From positions 192,001 through 256,000 of the forward strand of contig CAWIEK010000049.1 in the NCBI GenBank assembly GCA_963835065.1: a stretch of 64,000 nt of DNA, in the 5' to 3' direction. Source of the stretch: an uncultured Chthonomonadaceae bacterium (lineage in GTDB: Bacteria > Armatimonadota > Chthonomonadetes > Chthonomonadales > Chthonomonadaceae). The notes under the pieces were generated by a model that ran no database searches, was not told where the DNA came from, and was given only the letters and a program-made list of their open reading frames with translations. Positions 29,597-39,757 of this stretch are shown here, one piece after another. The position numbers were made by a program, and so were the translations under genes. Each line of letters starts with the position of its first letter. Positions within the stretch are counted from its first letter, which is position 1.

Positions 29597-29857
29597 ATGA
29601 AGATCACAACAGTAGCAAATTGTTTGAAGAATATACCTCTGCTTCGTTACATCAGAGACAATCAACCTACGGTAGAGGACTTGCTTGATTATCTTGGCCC
29701 ATCTCAATCGTGGTCAGTATCATTTGCTGCAGAAAAGAACAATTGCTGCATCCTCAACAATAATCGTGTTATTTTAACGCCACAATCTTGTTCCGAGGAG
29801 GTGGAAACACTTTTTTTATGCAGAATATACGATTGCATCTTGACAATGACAAAATAG
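29597..29857 (+). CDS. AT-rich small hypothetical protein
   Basis: GAGGA RBS and ATG, 86 aa, no recognisable motif. Confidence 0.35.
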   Translation: MKITTVANCLKNIPLLRYIRDNQPTVEDLLDYLGPSQSWSVSFAAEKNNCCILNNNRVILTPQSCSEEVETLFLCRIYDCILTMTK

Positions 29858-30038
29858 ATTATTTTTAAGTCAGAATTGAGCGAATTGTCCTGATTGCCAA
29901 GAGTAAGACATAGCTTCCGATAATGCAACCGTATCGGAAGTTAAATATGTAATGTAAGAACATGTAGATGGATTGGTAAAAAATGTGTGCATCTATGTAT
30001 GGTCAGGTGTATAGACTTTTTGCACGAGGAATTTACTT

Positions 30039-30605
30039 ATGGGGCAGCGGCCTATTGCCATTCGTATCAAGGTTCCACGTCCTGATGCCGCTCATGACGA
30101 GTATGTTGTAGTTGGTGTGGCTGAGGCGGCTAGGCGCTTGGATGTCTCCGAAAGAACGGTATACAGACTGTTGAAAGCAGGCATTTTGGAGCGTGGTTCC
30201 CCTTCGTGCAATTCTGACAGTGGTGGCACTGATGACGCTCTAATGTCAGACAAAATGGGCAGTATAAACGGAGTTCGAGATACGGGTGCTATCGTCAAAA
30301 TGTCTACTATGTCTGACAATACTGCTGAAAATGGCAGTGTTGAACGTGATCCGCGTATTGAACATCTACAGCGTCAATTAGATTCTAAGGATGCTCAGAT
30401 TGCGCAATTGCTGGATGTGCAGCAGGAGTTGGCGCAAACTATCCGTCGGCTGCAGGAGCAAATGTACGAACTTGCGCACCTTGTTTTGACGCATAATGTT
30501 GCGGCGGCACAGGCCAAAGCGGAGGCGGAGTTGAAGGCGCAGCAGGAGCAGGCTAAGAATCGCGGCGGATTGACGGGATTGTTGGGCAGTCGTGGGCGAA
30601 GATAA
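30039..30605 (+). CDS. HTH + coiled-coil DNA-binding protein (RacA/TubY-like architecture)
   Basis: VAEAARRLDVSERTVYRLLKAGIL HTH, long heptad coiled coil, short C-terminal GGLTGLLGSRGRR; GAGGA RBS. Confidence 0.75.
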   Translation: MGQRPIAIRIKVPRPDAAHDEYVVVGVAEAARRLDVSERTVYRLLKAGILERGSPSCNSDSGGTDDALMSDKMGSINGVRDTGAIVKMSTMSDNTAENGSVERDPRIEHLQRQLDSKDAQIAQLLDVQQELAQTIRRLQEQMYELAHLVLTHNVAAAQAKAEAELKAQQEQAKNRGGLTGLLGSRGRR

Positions 30606-30623
30606 CGTTAAAGAAGTGAGGGA

Positions 30624-31955
30624 TTGACAGCGTTGTTACTGAAAAGTTTGAATCCGGCGGCGTGGCTGCTTGGCATTGTGCTGTTGTATGCTTGTTTGGG
30701 CGGCGGGGCTGTTCTGCTGGCAATGGCAGTTCGGCTGAGAGTGAAGGCCCTACTTGCAGGCGTGGTCGGCGTTGTGCTGGCTGTTGTGTTGCTTTATGCG
30801 CTGCTTCCGCTTGCCGGATCGGGGCGGCTCGTGCTTGCCGGCATGGGCGCGGTGGCGCTGGAAGCGATTGTCTGGCGAGTTGCGATACGCCCGCGATTGG
30901 CGTGGCAGGATAAGAAGTTCGGCAAAGAGGCGGCGCGGCAGGTCAGCTTGCATCTGGTGCTGATTACGGGTTCCATTCTGTTCTTGATCCCGTTTGCGTG
31001 GCTGGTGTCCACGTCGCTGAAAGAGGATGCGGAAATGAGCAAGTTTCCGCCTGTCTGGATACCGACACAACAGATAAAGCAGGTCGTGGATGGACAGCCG
31101 CGCGGATTGGCGCTGACGACGTATAAGGGGCAGAGCGTTGAAGTTGCCGTGATGAAGGAGTATGAGACGGGGCAACGGCGCGTGCAGATTGTGAAACCGG
31201 GTGCTGTTGCGGGACAGTCTTTCGTATGTAAGAAAAGCGATCTGAAAGAAATACGGCATGTCGCGCCGGTTTGGAAGAATTACCCGGCTGCGCTGGAGTT
31301 TTTGCCGCCGGAAACAAATCACGGACTGGTGTTTTTGAAGAACACCCTGATTATTTCCGTGCTGAGTATCATAGGGACGTTGCTGTCGTCTTCGATGGTG
31401 GCATATAGTTTCGCGCGTCTGCGTTGGCCGGGAAAAGACGCGGTGTTTCTGGTGCTGCTGGCAACCATGATGCTGCCGGGCGCGGTGACGATGATGCCGC
31501 TGTTCCTGATCTTTCGGTCGTTAGGGTGGGTGGATACGCTGAAACCGCTGTGGGTTCCGACGTTCTTCGGTTCGGCATTCAACATCTTTTTGCTGCGGCA
31601 GTTCTTTATGACGATCCCGAACGAGCTGGAAGACGCGGCGAAGATTGACGGGTGTTCCTACTACACGATCTTCTGGCGGATCATGCTGCCGCAGGTGAAG
31701 CCGGCGCTGGCGGCGATTACGATTATGGCGTTCATGGCGGCGTGGAACAATTTTCAGGGGCCGCTGATTTACATCAGTTCGCCGGAAAATCAGCCACTCG
31801 CGTATGCGCTGCAATTGTTTCAGTCGGGACACAGCAGCGAGATGGGGCAGTTGATGGCGTTTTCCACGCTGGTGATGCTGCCGGTGCTGGTGCTGTTCTT
31901 CTTTTCGCAACGCTATTTCATTCAGGGAATCACGCTGACGGGCATTAAGGGCTGA
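30624..31955 (+). CDS. Carbohydrate ABC transporter permease (MalG-type)
   Basis: FLLRQFFMTIPNELEDAAKIDG EAA loop, FIQGITLTGIKG end. Confidence 0.92.
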   Translation: MTALLLKSLNPAAWLLGIVLLYACLGGGAVLLAMAVRLRVKALLAGVVGVVLAVVLLYALLPLAGSGRLVLAGMGAVALEAIVWRVAIRPRLAWQDKKFGKEAARQVSLHLVLITGSILFLIPFAWLVSTSLKEDAEMSKFPPVWIPTQQIKQVVDGQPRGLALTTYKGQSVEVAVMKEYETGQRRVQIVKPGAVAGQSFVCKKSDLKEIRHVAPVWKNYPAALEFLPPETNHGLVFLKNTLIISVLSIIGTLLSSSMVAYSFARLRWPGKDAVFLVLLATMMLPGAVTMMPLFLIFRSLGWVDTLKPLWVPTFFGSAFNIFLLRQFFMTIPNELEDAAKIDGCSYYTIFWRIMLPQVKPALAAITIMAFMAAWNNFQGPLIYISSPENQPLAYALQLFQSGHSSEMGQLMAFSTLVMLPVLVLFFFSQRYFIQGITLTGIKG

Positions 31956-31958
31956 CGC

Positions 31959-32888
31959 ATGAGAATACCTATCGAGCAAGTTGATGAGGATCGCGCCCCG
32001 CGACGACGCTCTGCGCGACGCAGACCATTGAACGTTAGCGGGATCAAAACGGCTATCGTGTTTGTGGTAGGCTGGATAACGGCACTGGTGAGCGGGATTA
32101 CGGGGCTTGGGGCGCAAAGCGCGTATGCGCCGATGCTGACGTGGATGCTGGGGTTTGCTCCCGACAAGGCGCAGGGAACCGCGCTGAATTTCGGGGCGTG
32201 GACAGCATTGGCGGCGGTGCTTGGGGCGTATGCGGCGGGCGCGATGCCTGCCCATTTTATCGTAAGCGGCCTTGTTTTGGTGATTGGCGCGATTGTGGGC
32301 GCGTTGTTGGCCGCGCCGGTTGTTCGCAAATTGCAGGGGCAGGGATGGCGGCGAACGTTCCAGTCAATTGGAATCGCGCTGATGATGGCGGTGATTGTTC
32401 AGGTGTCGCATACGAGCAGCCTGCTTGCCGGGAAGCCGAACATTGCGGAATGGCAGTCGCCGGGCTTGCTTTTGTTGTTGGGTGTGGGCGTTGGGGCGGC
32501 AACGCAGGTGTTGGGAGTGGCGGGTGGTACGCTGCTGGTTCCAGCATTGTATTTTTTCAGTGGCCTGCGCAGTGTTTCGAGCGGCGCGAGTGTTTTAGGC
32601 AATCACGCGGCTCCGGCTGTGGGTTTGTCGCTGTTCGTGATCGCGCTGGCTTCCGCGTTGCCGGCGATGGCGTACAATCGTAAGGGGTTGGTAGATGATA
32701 GTCTGCGGACGCCGATTATTGTGGCGGGATTGCTTGGCGGGTTTTGTGGCGGATGGATACTGCCTTCCATTACGGCGCGGGTTGTGATGGTGGTATCGGC
32801 GTTTATCGCCATGTTCCTGTGCGCTCGTGAGTTGGCGCGTATGTCTTTGGAAAGTAATACTGCTGATAGTAGTTCGCCGCAGGTATGA
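31959..32888 (+). CDS. Sulfite exporter TauE/SafE family protein
   Basis: Two repeats SGITGLG.../LGVAGGTLLVP, about eight TMs. Confidence 0.75.
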   Translation: MRIPIEQVDEDRAPRRRSARRRPLNVSGIKTAIVFVVGWITALVSGITGLGAQSAYAPMLTWMLGFAPDKAQGTALNFGAWTALAAVLGAYAAGAMPAHFIVSGLVLVIGAIVGALLAAPVVRKLQGQGWRRTFQSIGIALMMAVIVQVSHTSSLLAGKPNIAEWQSPGLLLLLGVGVGAATQVLGVAGGTLLVPALYFFSGLRSVSSGASVLGNHAAPAVGLSLFVIALASALPAMAYNRKGLVDDSLRTPIIVAGLLGGFCGGWILPSITARVVMVVSAFIAMFLCARELARMSLESNTADSSSPQV

Positions 32889-32986
32889 ATATGGGAGGGT
32901 GTCGGGTGTTGGGTGTCGGGTGTGTGGGCGCTCTCATTATGCGGTATGGAAACTTGCGGGTGTTGGCTTAGGGAAGGGGCGTGGGT

Positions 32987-33892
32987 ATGCAGTTCGGATT
33001 CAGCAATCCGTTCAAGAAGATTGCGCAGAAAATTGATCAGATTGTGACCGGGCGCGGACGCATTGACGAGGACTTGTTCGAGGAACTGGAAATCCTGCTG
33101 ATTCAGGCCGACGTGAATGTGCGTACCACGCAAATGATTCTGGCTGAATTGCAGGCGGCGGTTCAGGATGAGCGGATGCAGACCATCGGGCAAGTGACGG
33201 CGCGGATGAAAGCGTATCTCGTAAAAGTGCTGCAGGCGGGAGCGGGGCCGGAGGGCAACCGCTTGAAAGTGGCGGATGCGGCTCCAACGCTGTACTTGAT
33301 TGTGGGCGTGAATGGCGTCGGTAAAACAACCACGATTGGAAAACTGACCCACCGGCTGCAAAAACATCATAAGAAAGTGATTCTGGCGGCGGGGGATACG
33401 TTTCGCGCGGCGGCGATTGACCAGTTGGAGATTTGGGCGAACCGAAACCACACGGAAATGGTACGGCATAAGGAAGGCGCAGACCCTTCGGCGGTGATTT
33501 TCGATGCGATCAAAGCGGCGCGGGCGCGGGGCGCGGATTACGTGATTGCAGATACGGCGGGGCGGCTGCACAACCGCAGTCATTTGATGGAAGAATTGAA
33601 GAAGATCAACCGGATTACGGAACGCGAGTTGGGCAGGCCGGCGGATGAAGTATTGCTGGTGCTGGACGCGACGACGGGGCAAAACGGCATCAGTCAGGCA
33701 AAGCAGTTTTTGAACACGGTTCCCCTGACGGGAATCGCGCTCGCCAAATTGGACGGCACGGCGCGGGGCGGCATCGTCATCACGATTGCCGATGAATTGA
33801 AATTGCCTATCAAGCTGGTGGGAACGGGCGAAAAGCTGGACGATCTGGATGTGTTCGATCCGGGTAAGTTCGTGGACAGTTTGCTGGAGTAG
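32987..33892 (+). CDS. ftsY: Signal recognition particle receptor FtsY
   Basis: GVNGVGKTTT, DTFRAAA, DTAGR, AKLDGTARGG. Confidence 0.97.
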   Translation: MQFGFSNPFKKIAQKIDQIVTGRGRIDEDLFEELEILLIQADVNVRTTQMILAELQAAVQDERMQTIGQVTARMKAYLVKVLQAGAGPEGNRLKVADAAPTLYLIVGVNGVGKTTTIGKLTHRLQKHHKKVILAAGDTFRAAAIDQLEIWANRNHTEMVRHKEGADPSAVIFDAIKAARARGADYVIADTAGRLHNRSHLMEELKKINRITERELGRPADEVLLVLDATTGQNGISQAKQFLNTVPLTGIALAKLDGTARGGIVITIADELKLPIKLVGTGEKLDDLDVFDPGKFVDSLLE

Positions 33893-33902
33893 ATTAGCTT
33901 TT

Positions 33903-34739
33903 ATGGTCAGACACATTCGGAAGGTTATCTCTGTGGAGGTACATTCGCTTGCCAGTGGCAGCAGCGGCAACGCGATGCTGGTTCGGGCAGGCGATACAAA
34001 TTTGCTGATTGATGCGGGACTGCCGGTACGGACGCTTGCCAACGCCTTGCTCAATCGTGGCGTTGCGGCGGCGGACTTTCACGGCATTTTATTGACGCAC
34101 GAACATAGCGATCATAGCTGTGGCGCGGGCGGATTGGCGCGGCGGAACAAAACGCCCTTAATTGCCAATGCGGCGACGTTTCAGGCGTACACGGAGCGTG
34201 ACGCGCTGCCATTTATGGCGCAGGAACTTGCGACGGGAAACACAACCGCAATTGGCAGCATCGGTATACGGTCGTTTGCGGTCAGCCATGACGCGGCGGA
34301 ACCGGTTGGATATGTGCTGGAAGCGGGAACCACGCGGATTGTATATTTTACGGACACGGGCTGTGTAACGCCGGTGATACGGGAAGCGCTGCACGGGGTG
34401 CATTTAGCGATTGTGGAGGCCAATCACGATCTCGAATGGCTGCGTCGTGGGCCGTATGCGCCGCACATGAAAGAGCGCGTAGCGTCGGATACGGGGCATC
34501 TGTCGAACAGCGATTGCGCGGATGTGCTGGCGGAACGATTGGACGAGGAAGGGACGTGCAGTATTTGGCTGGCGCATTTGTCGCGGGTCAATAATTCGAC
34601 GGCATTGGCGCGTCGAACCGTGCAGCAGCGGATTATGCAGCACACGCGAACGCCGTTTTCCTTAGAGGTGGCGCTGCGGGATCAAGTGAGTTTGACGTGG
34701 ACGCCGGGGAAGCAGGCCGTACAGTTGGCGTTGTTGTAG
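33903..34739 (+). CDS. MBL-fold metallohydrolase (YycJ/WalJ-like)
   Basis: LASGSSGN, LTHEHSDH, SHDA, TDTG, EANHD, GHLSN, AHLS. Confidence 0.9.
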   Translation: MVRHIRKVISVEVHSLASGSSGNAMLVRAGDTNLLIDAGLPVRTLANALLNRGVAAADFHGILLTHEHSDHSCGAGGLARRNKTPLIANAATFQAYTERDALPFMAQELATGNTTAIGSIGIRSFAVSHDAAEPVGYVLEAGTTRIVYFTDTGCVTPVIREALHGVHLAIVEANHDLEWLRRGPYAPHMKERVASDTGHLSNSDCADVLAERLDEEGTCSIWLAHLSRVNNSTALARRTVQQRIMQHTRTPFSLEVALRDQVSLTWTPGKQAVQLALL

Positions 34740-34744
34740 TTTGA

Positions 34745-34798
34745 CCTCACCCCAACCCCTCTCCTTGCCGCGCAACGCGCTAGGAGAGGGGCTTTTTT
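34745..34798. repeat. REP-like palindrome, family A, copy 3 (with U-tract, terminator-like)
   Basis: CCTCACCCCAACCCCTCTCCTTGCCGCGCAACGCGCTAGGAGAGGGGCTTTTTT. Confidence 0.85.
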
Positions 34799-34885
34799 GT
34801 GTTTTACAGGGGTAGTGAAGTGTGGGGAGTATTGGATACGGTTTGAGAGGATAGGGTGTTCTCGTGTAAGTTGTGGCTGTGAAGA

Positions 34886-35266
34886 TCAGGGGAGTACGGC
34901 GATGGCTTCTATTTCTACGTCTACGTCTAAGGGGAGTCGGGCTACTTGGACGCAGCTTCGGGCGGGCTTGATGTCGCCGAAGTATTGGGAGTAGACGGCG
35001 TTGAGGCGGGCGAAGTTGTTCATGTCCGCGAGGAAAACGACGACTTTGACGCAATGTTCCAGATCGGTTCCGGCGGCTTTGAGGATGCGTTCGACGTTGG
35101 CGATACAGAGACGGACTTCGCCTTCAAAATCGTCGCGCAATACTTCTTTGGTTTCGGTGTTCATGGGAACCTGCCCGGAAACGAAGACGAGATTGCCGGT
35201 GATGATGCCGAGAGAGTAGGGAGCGCCGGTGGCGGGAGCGCCCGTGTTGACGGCTTGCTTGTTCAT
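34886..35266 (-). CDS. ridA: RidA/YjgF family reactive intermediate deaminase
   Basis: PYS, VSGQVP, PARSCVQVARLP, VEIEAIA. Confidence 0.92.
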   Translation of the reverse strand: MNKQAVNTGAPATGAPYSLGIITGNLVFVSGQVPMNTETKEVLRDDFEGEVRLCIANVERILKAAGTDLEHCVKVVVFLADMNNFARLNAVYSQYFGDIKPARSCVQVARLPLDVDVEIEAIAVLP

Positions 35267-35609
35267 GTGAACCTCCATAGAGAAAATAGATCAAACGCGC
35301 TATGTTTCGCCAATAGAGGGGTGAATTCCTGCTGATAAAGGAAAATTGACGCGCAATATTGAACTTGCTTTAAGAGCAATACTGTTCAAGTAGTGTCGTT
35401 TCGTGAAGGTGAAAGGGATTCTATGTAAGGCGGCAGATGCCGTAGAATGTGGGGAGTCCGTGCAATGCCGCGCAAAAAGATTAAGCGGAAAGAAGTCCGT
35501 GTAATAACATTTTAATTTTTTGCGCGGCTGTGATAACGAAGTCCGCCTGCGCGAACTATACCGGCCTTGTGTCGAAGTTTCTAAGGCGCTTGCGAGAGGC
35601 TCCGTTGTG

Positions 35610-36053
35610 GTGAATGACGAACAAAATGGTGATACGCCGCTGTGGAAATCCACTTTGGGCGTGAAGGAGGAAACCGAGGCGCAAAGGCGTTTTGAAGCCC
35701 TGTGGTCAAAGGAATTGCTTCCTAAAGTCCGGGCGTTTTTGCGGGGCAGGGGAGTGAAGGACGACGATCTGGAGGACTTGCTGCTGGATACGAGTTTGAG
35801 GATGTGGCAGGCGCTTTGCAAACCGCGTTCGCCGGAGTTTGCAATCGGCAACATGCAGGCTTATGCGAAAAAAGTGGCCTTTAGCGTACTGACAGAGTAT
35901 CTGAACAGAAGTCTCAAACGGCAGCCGAACAAAAAGAAGCTGCTTCATGCGGTGTGGGATACGCTGAGTGCCGGAGAAGTATTCGCGTGTTGGGAACAGC
36001 GGGGCGAAAAGTGGTGCGGGCTTGCATCATGGGAACGCCCCCGGACACGTTGA
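35610..36053 (+). pseudogene. Truncated ECF-type sigma factor (region 2 only)
   Basis: RFEALW...VRAFL...DLEDLLLDTSLRMWQ...AYAKKVA; no region 4 HTH; ends in an unrelated sequence. Confidence 0.55.
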
Positions 36054-36550
36054 TACAGGCCGGTTCGGCGGTAGCCTTAGCGCTGCGGGCATTGCAGGCG
36101 GCGGACGAACCGAAGGAAGTATTGGAGCAGGCGCTGCATGAGGTCGTCTCTCTTCTGGATGCGTTGCCGCAGAGTGCAAAGGCGGAATGGAGCCGGGCGA
36201 TGCACTTCCTCTACCTGCTCATTCTCAACAAGCGCGATGCCGACGAGCAGGAAGAATTGAAAGACGTGATGGATGAGGCAGTCTTGCAGAAGCGAGACGA
36301 GTTCAAGGAGGTCGAAATGACAGGAGCACAGGCGCTGATCAATCAGGGCAAACGGGAAGGACGCAAGGAAGGAAGACAGGAGGGAAGACAGGAAGGAAAA
36401 CTGGAAACGCTTTTGGAACTGCTGGAAGCCAAGTTCGGCCCGCTCTCGGAGGCAACGGTGGCAAGCGTGAATGCGCTGCCCGCGAACCGCCTTTCTGCTA
36501 TGACGCGGCGCATCTTGACCGCCGCTTCTCTGGCCGAACTGGAACTTTAA
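36034..36550 (+). pseudogene. 3' remnant of an Rpn/YhgA-like (DUF4351) gene with internal small ORF 36317-36550
   Basis: (K/Q)EGR repeats, LLEAKFGPL...ILTAASLAEL tail; no N-terminal PD-(D/E)xK domain; AAGGAGG RBS before ATG 36317. Confidence 0.7.
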
Positions 36551-36634
36551 GACCAACACCGTTCAAACAAGAAAGTTTGATATAGGCCGAGCAACACTTC
36601 GTATGGCCTTGTGTTTTATAGTCAATCTCATAAC

Positions 36635-38495
36635 ATGGATAAACAAGAAGCATCTGGCGCAGATGAAAATGGCGCGTTTGTTCGTTTTGCTCAAGTTGCG
36701 GAGAAGGTAGGCGCGACGACGAAGCGGCTGGAAAAAGCGGCGCTGATTGGCGATTATTTTACGTCGTTAGTGGACGCGGATTTGGCGCTGGCGGCGCGTT
36801 ACTTTGCGGGGTATGCGTTTTCCCTGCGGGATCAGCGCAATATCAATATCGGCACGGCGGCGCTACTGGCGGCGATACAAGCGGTCAGTCAAGTTGCCGG
36901 ATGAGGAATTGCGGCAACGGTTGGTTGTTTTGGGCGATCCGGGCGATATGGCGAGGGAGGTTTTCGCAAAGGGCGCAAACGCGGACATAGCGCCAACCCT
37001 GATGCTGTCGGATGCGGCAAACGCGCTGGAAACACTGGCGGCGACAAGTGGCTCCAAACAGAAAACGCAGCAAGTCACGCAACTGCTGCATCGGGCGACG
37101 CCGCTCGAAGCAAAGTATCTGGTAAAAATGCTGTCGGGAGATTTGCGGATTGGCTTGAAGGAGGGCGCGGTTGAGGACGCTATTGCCCGGCTGGCGCATA
37201 CGGAAGTGGGGCGTATTCAGTGGGTGAATATGCTGACAGGAGACATTGGCGAAACCGCGCTGCTGGCGCGTCGCAATGAACTGGACACGGCAAAACTGCA
37301 TTTGTTTCATCCCATCAAGTTCATGCTGGCGACTCCCGCCGCCGATTTAGTGGACGTGCAAAAACAAATGCCGGAACGGTTTGTCGTGGAAGATAAATTC
37401 GACGGCATACGGGCGCAAGCGCATGTCGCCCCGGCAGTGGAAGGCGAGACAACACTGCACGGCGTGGTGCATAATGGTGTCCGCGTGGCCTTGTTTTCGC
37501 GCACACTGGATGAGATTACAGGCAGTTTTCCTGATTTAGTCGCGCCCCTTGCGGCACTGCTGAAAACGAAAGTGGCAATAGGAGCGGACGCGGATAACGA
37601 TGAAAGTGAAAACGGGAGTGGCCTCCTGACCGGGAGTGAAGCCGCAAGTGATAGTGCGGGGCTGATACTGGATGGAGAAATTGTTCCGGTGCAAGGCGAA
37701 AAGATATTGCCGTTTCAGCAATTGCAGCAACGCTTGAACCGCAAAGTATTTCCGCCGGAACTGCTTGCCAACATTCCCGCCGCGTTTGTGGCTTATGATG
37801 CGCTGTATGCGCAGGGACAGATTTTGCTGGAAGAACCATTTGCAAAGCGTCGAGAACAGTTGGAGCGATTGGACGTGGACGGGCAGACGGTTCGCCGCGC
37901 CGCTTCCCGGACGTTTGCCGATGTGACGGAACTGGATGCCGAATTCGTGGAAGCGCGGGCGCGTGGCAACGAAGGCTTGATGGTGAAAGACCCGGCTTCG
38001 CCCTACAAACCGGGACGGCGCGGGCGCGACTGGCTGAAAATCAAGAAGGCGCTGGCAACGCTGGATGTGGTGGTGACTTCAGTAGAAGTCGGGTCAGGAC
38101 GGCGCAGCAAGTTTCTGTCGGATTATACATTTGCCGTTCGCGCCAGTGAAACGGATGACACGCTGCTTAACGTCGGCAAAGCGTACAGCGGCCTGACGGA
38201 TGAGGAAGTGACGGCCTTGAGCGAGTGGTTCCGGGCGCATACGCTTCAGGAGTTCGCTCATGGCAAGGTGCGCGTGGTGGAGCCTCATATCGTGATGGAG
38301 ATTACGTTTGACCGCGTACAGCCTTCCAAACGGCACAAAAGCGGGTACGCCCTGCGGTTTCCGCGTATCCTGCGCATCCGGCATGACAAGCCCGTTGCGG
38401 AAATTGACACGCTGGCAGCGGTTCGCGCTCTTGCCGAAGAAGCCGGGGCAGAAGAACCGGACAATGAAGCCGGTGCGGAGGCGGAAAGCGCATGA
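36635..38495 (+). CDS. ATP-dependent DNA ligase (frameshift near 36890)
   Basis: EDKFDG active site, LDGE, EGLMVK, WLKIK, ALRFPR. N-terminal DNA-binding domain lies in ORF 36611-36904. Confidence 0.9.
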
Positions 38496-39574
38496 CATCC
38501 CTAAAGGAAACCACCCCTGACCCAACGCCAAGTTTGGACAGCGCACAAACTGCCTTTAATGCGTTTTTAGAGCGGGCGACTCCAGTAACGCGCATTGTCG
38601 GGCTGCACGACTTAGATGCGGATGGCGTAACGGCAGGTGTCGTGTGGCAGCGCGGTCTGGAGCGACTTGGTTATGCGCCGTCGCGTTTAATTCCCAACCG
38701 CGAACGCAACGCTTGGACGCCAGCAACCCGCGAACGGCTGACCGCAATGAACCCGGAAATGCTGTTTGTTATGGATTTGGGCAGTCAGAACACCCCCATT
38801 TTGCCGGACGTGCCGACGTGCTTTATTGACCACCATCACCCGGAAGGCTGCCCGCCCGGCGATACCCTCATCAGCGCATATACATGGAACCCCATTCCCA
38901 ATACCTCCCTGCTCGTGTACGATTTGCTTCTGCCCCGTGTGGATGTTTCCGATCTGGATTGGATAGCCGCTATTGGAGCCTTGAGCGATCTGGGAGACAA
39001 AGCGCCGTTTGAACTGGTGGATCAGGCGAAGAAAAAATATACGGCCAAGTATCTGCGGGAAGCAACATCACTGGTAAATGCTTCCCGCCGCGCCAGTGAT
39101 TACAACCCGGAAGCGGCAGCCCGCGCCCTACTCAGCCATGACAGCCCACGCGCTTTAGTGGAATCAGCTTCTGCCGACGTGGAGTTTCTGCGTACCGCCC
39201 GCGAGGAAGTAAAAGGCGCATTGGAAGAAGCCCGCAAAGCCGCGCCGACATTTGCCGGACAGGTAGCGCTTGTCCGGCTGAACACGCCCTGTCAGGTACA
39301 CCCCCTCATCGCGCAAAGCTGGCGGACGCGCCTGCCCAAATACATCGTCATTGTCGCCAATGAAGGCTACATGCCCGGACGAATAAACTTTTCTGCCCGA
39401 TCAATGGCGGATAAAAACGTGCTGGAATTCCTGCGTGGCTTCGATTTGGGCGAAGGCGAAGGCCATTTCGGGCACGGGCACGATCAGGCGTCCGGCGGCA
39501 GCCTGCCCGTTGACCGCTGGAACCTGCTGCTGGAAAAAATGGGCTTCCCGCCGAATGTGAGAGCCGGAAATTAA
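38492..39574 (+). CDS. DHH family phosphoesterase
   Basis: HDLDADG, MDLG, IDHHH, GHGHDQASG; ATGA overlap with the ligase. Confidence 0.88.
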   Translation: MTSLKETTPDPTPSLDSAQTAFNAFLERATPVTRIVGLHDLDADGVTAGVVWQRGLERLGYAPSRLIPNRERNAWTPATRERLTAMNPEMLFVMDLGSQNTPILPDVPTCFIDHHHPEGCPPGDTLISAYTWNPIPNTSLLVYDLLLPRVDVSDLDWIAAIGALSDLGDKAPFELVDQAKKKYTAKYLREATSLVNASRRASDYNPEAAARALLSHDSPRALVESASADVEFLRTAREEVKGALEEARKAAPTFAGQVALVRLNTPCQVHPLIAQSWRTRLPKYIVIVANEGYMPGRINFSARSMADKNVLEFLRGFDLGEGEGHFGHGHDQASGGSLPVDRWNLLLEKMGFPPNVRAGN

Positions 39575-39749
39575 CCACCCGCTGCGCTAGAGACACAGAG
39601 ACACAGAGAAAAAGCCGATACGAGAAGGAGAACGAGAGGAGGAGAACCGCTTTTTCTGAGGTTCCTATCTCTTCTCTTCTCCTTTTCTTCTCTTCTTCTT
39701 TTCTCTGTGAAACCTCTGTGCCTCTGTGTCTCTAGCGCAGCGGGTGGTT
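39573..39749. repeat. Long inverted repeat (MITE/REP-like) between convergent genes
   Basis: 28-bp perfect arms AACCACCCGCTGCGCTAGAGACACAGAG / CTCTGTGTCTCTAGCGCAGCGGGTGGTT. Confidence 0.9.
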
Positions 39750-39757
39750 TATTCTCC

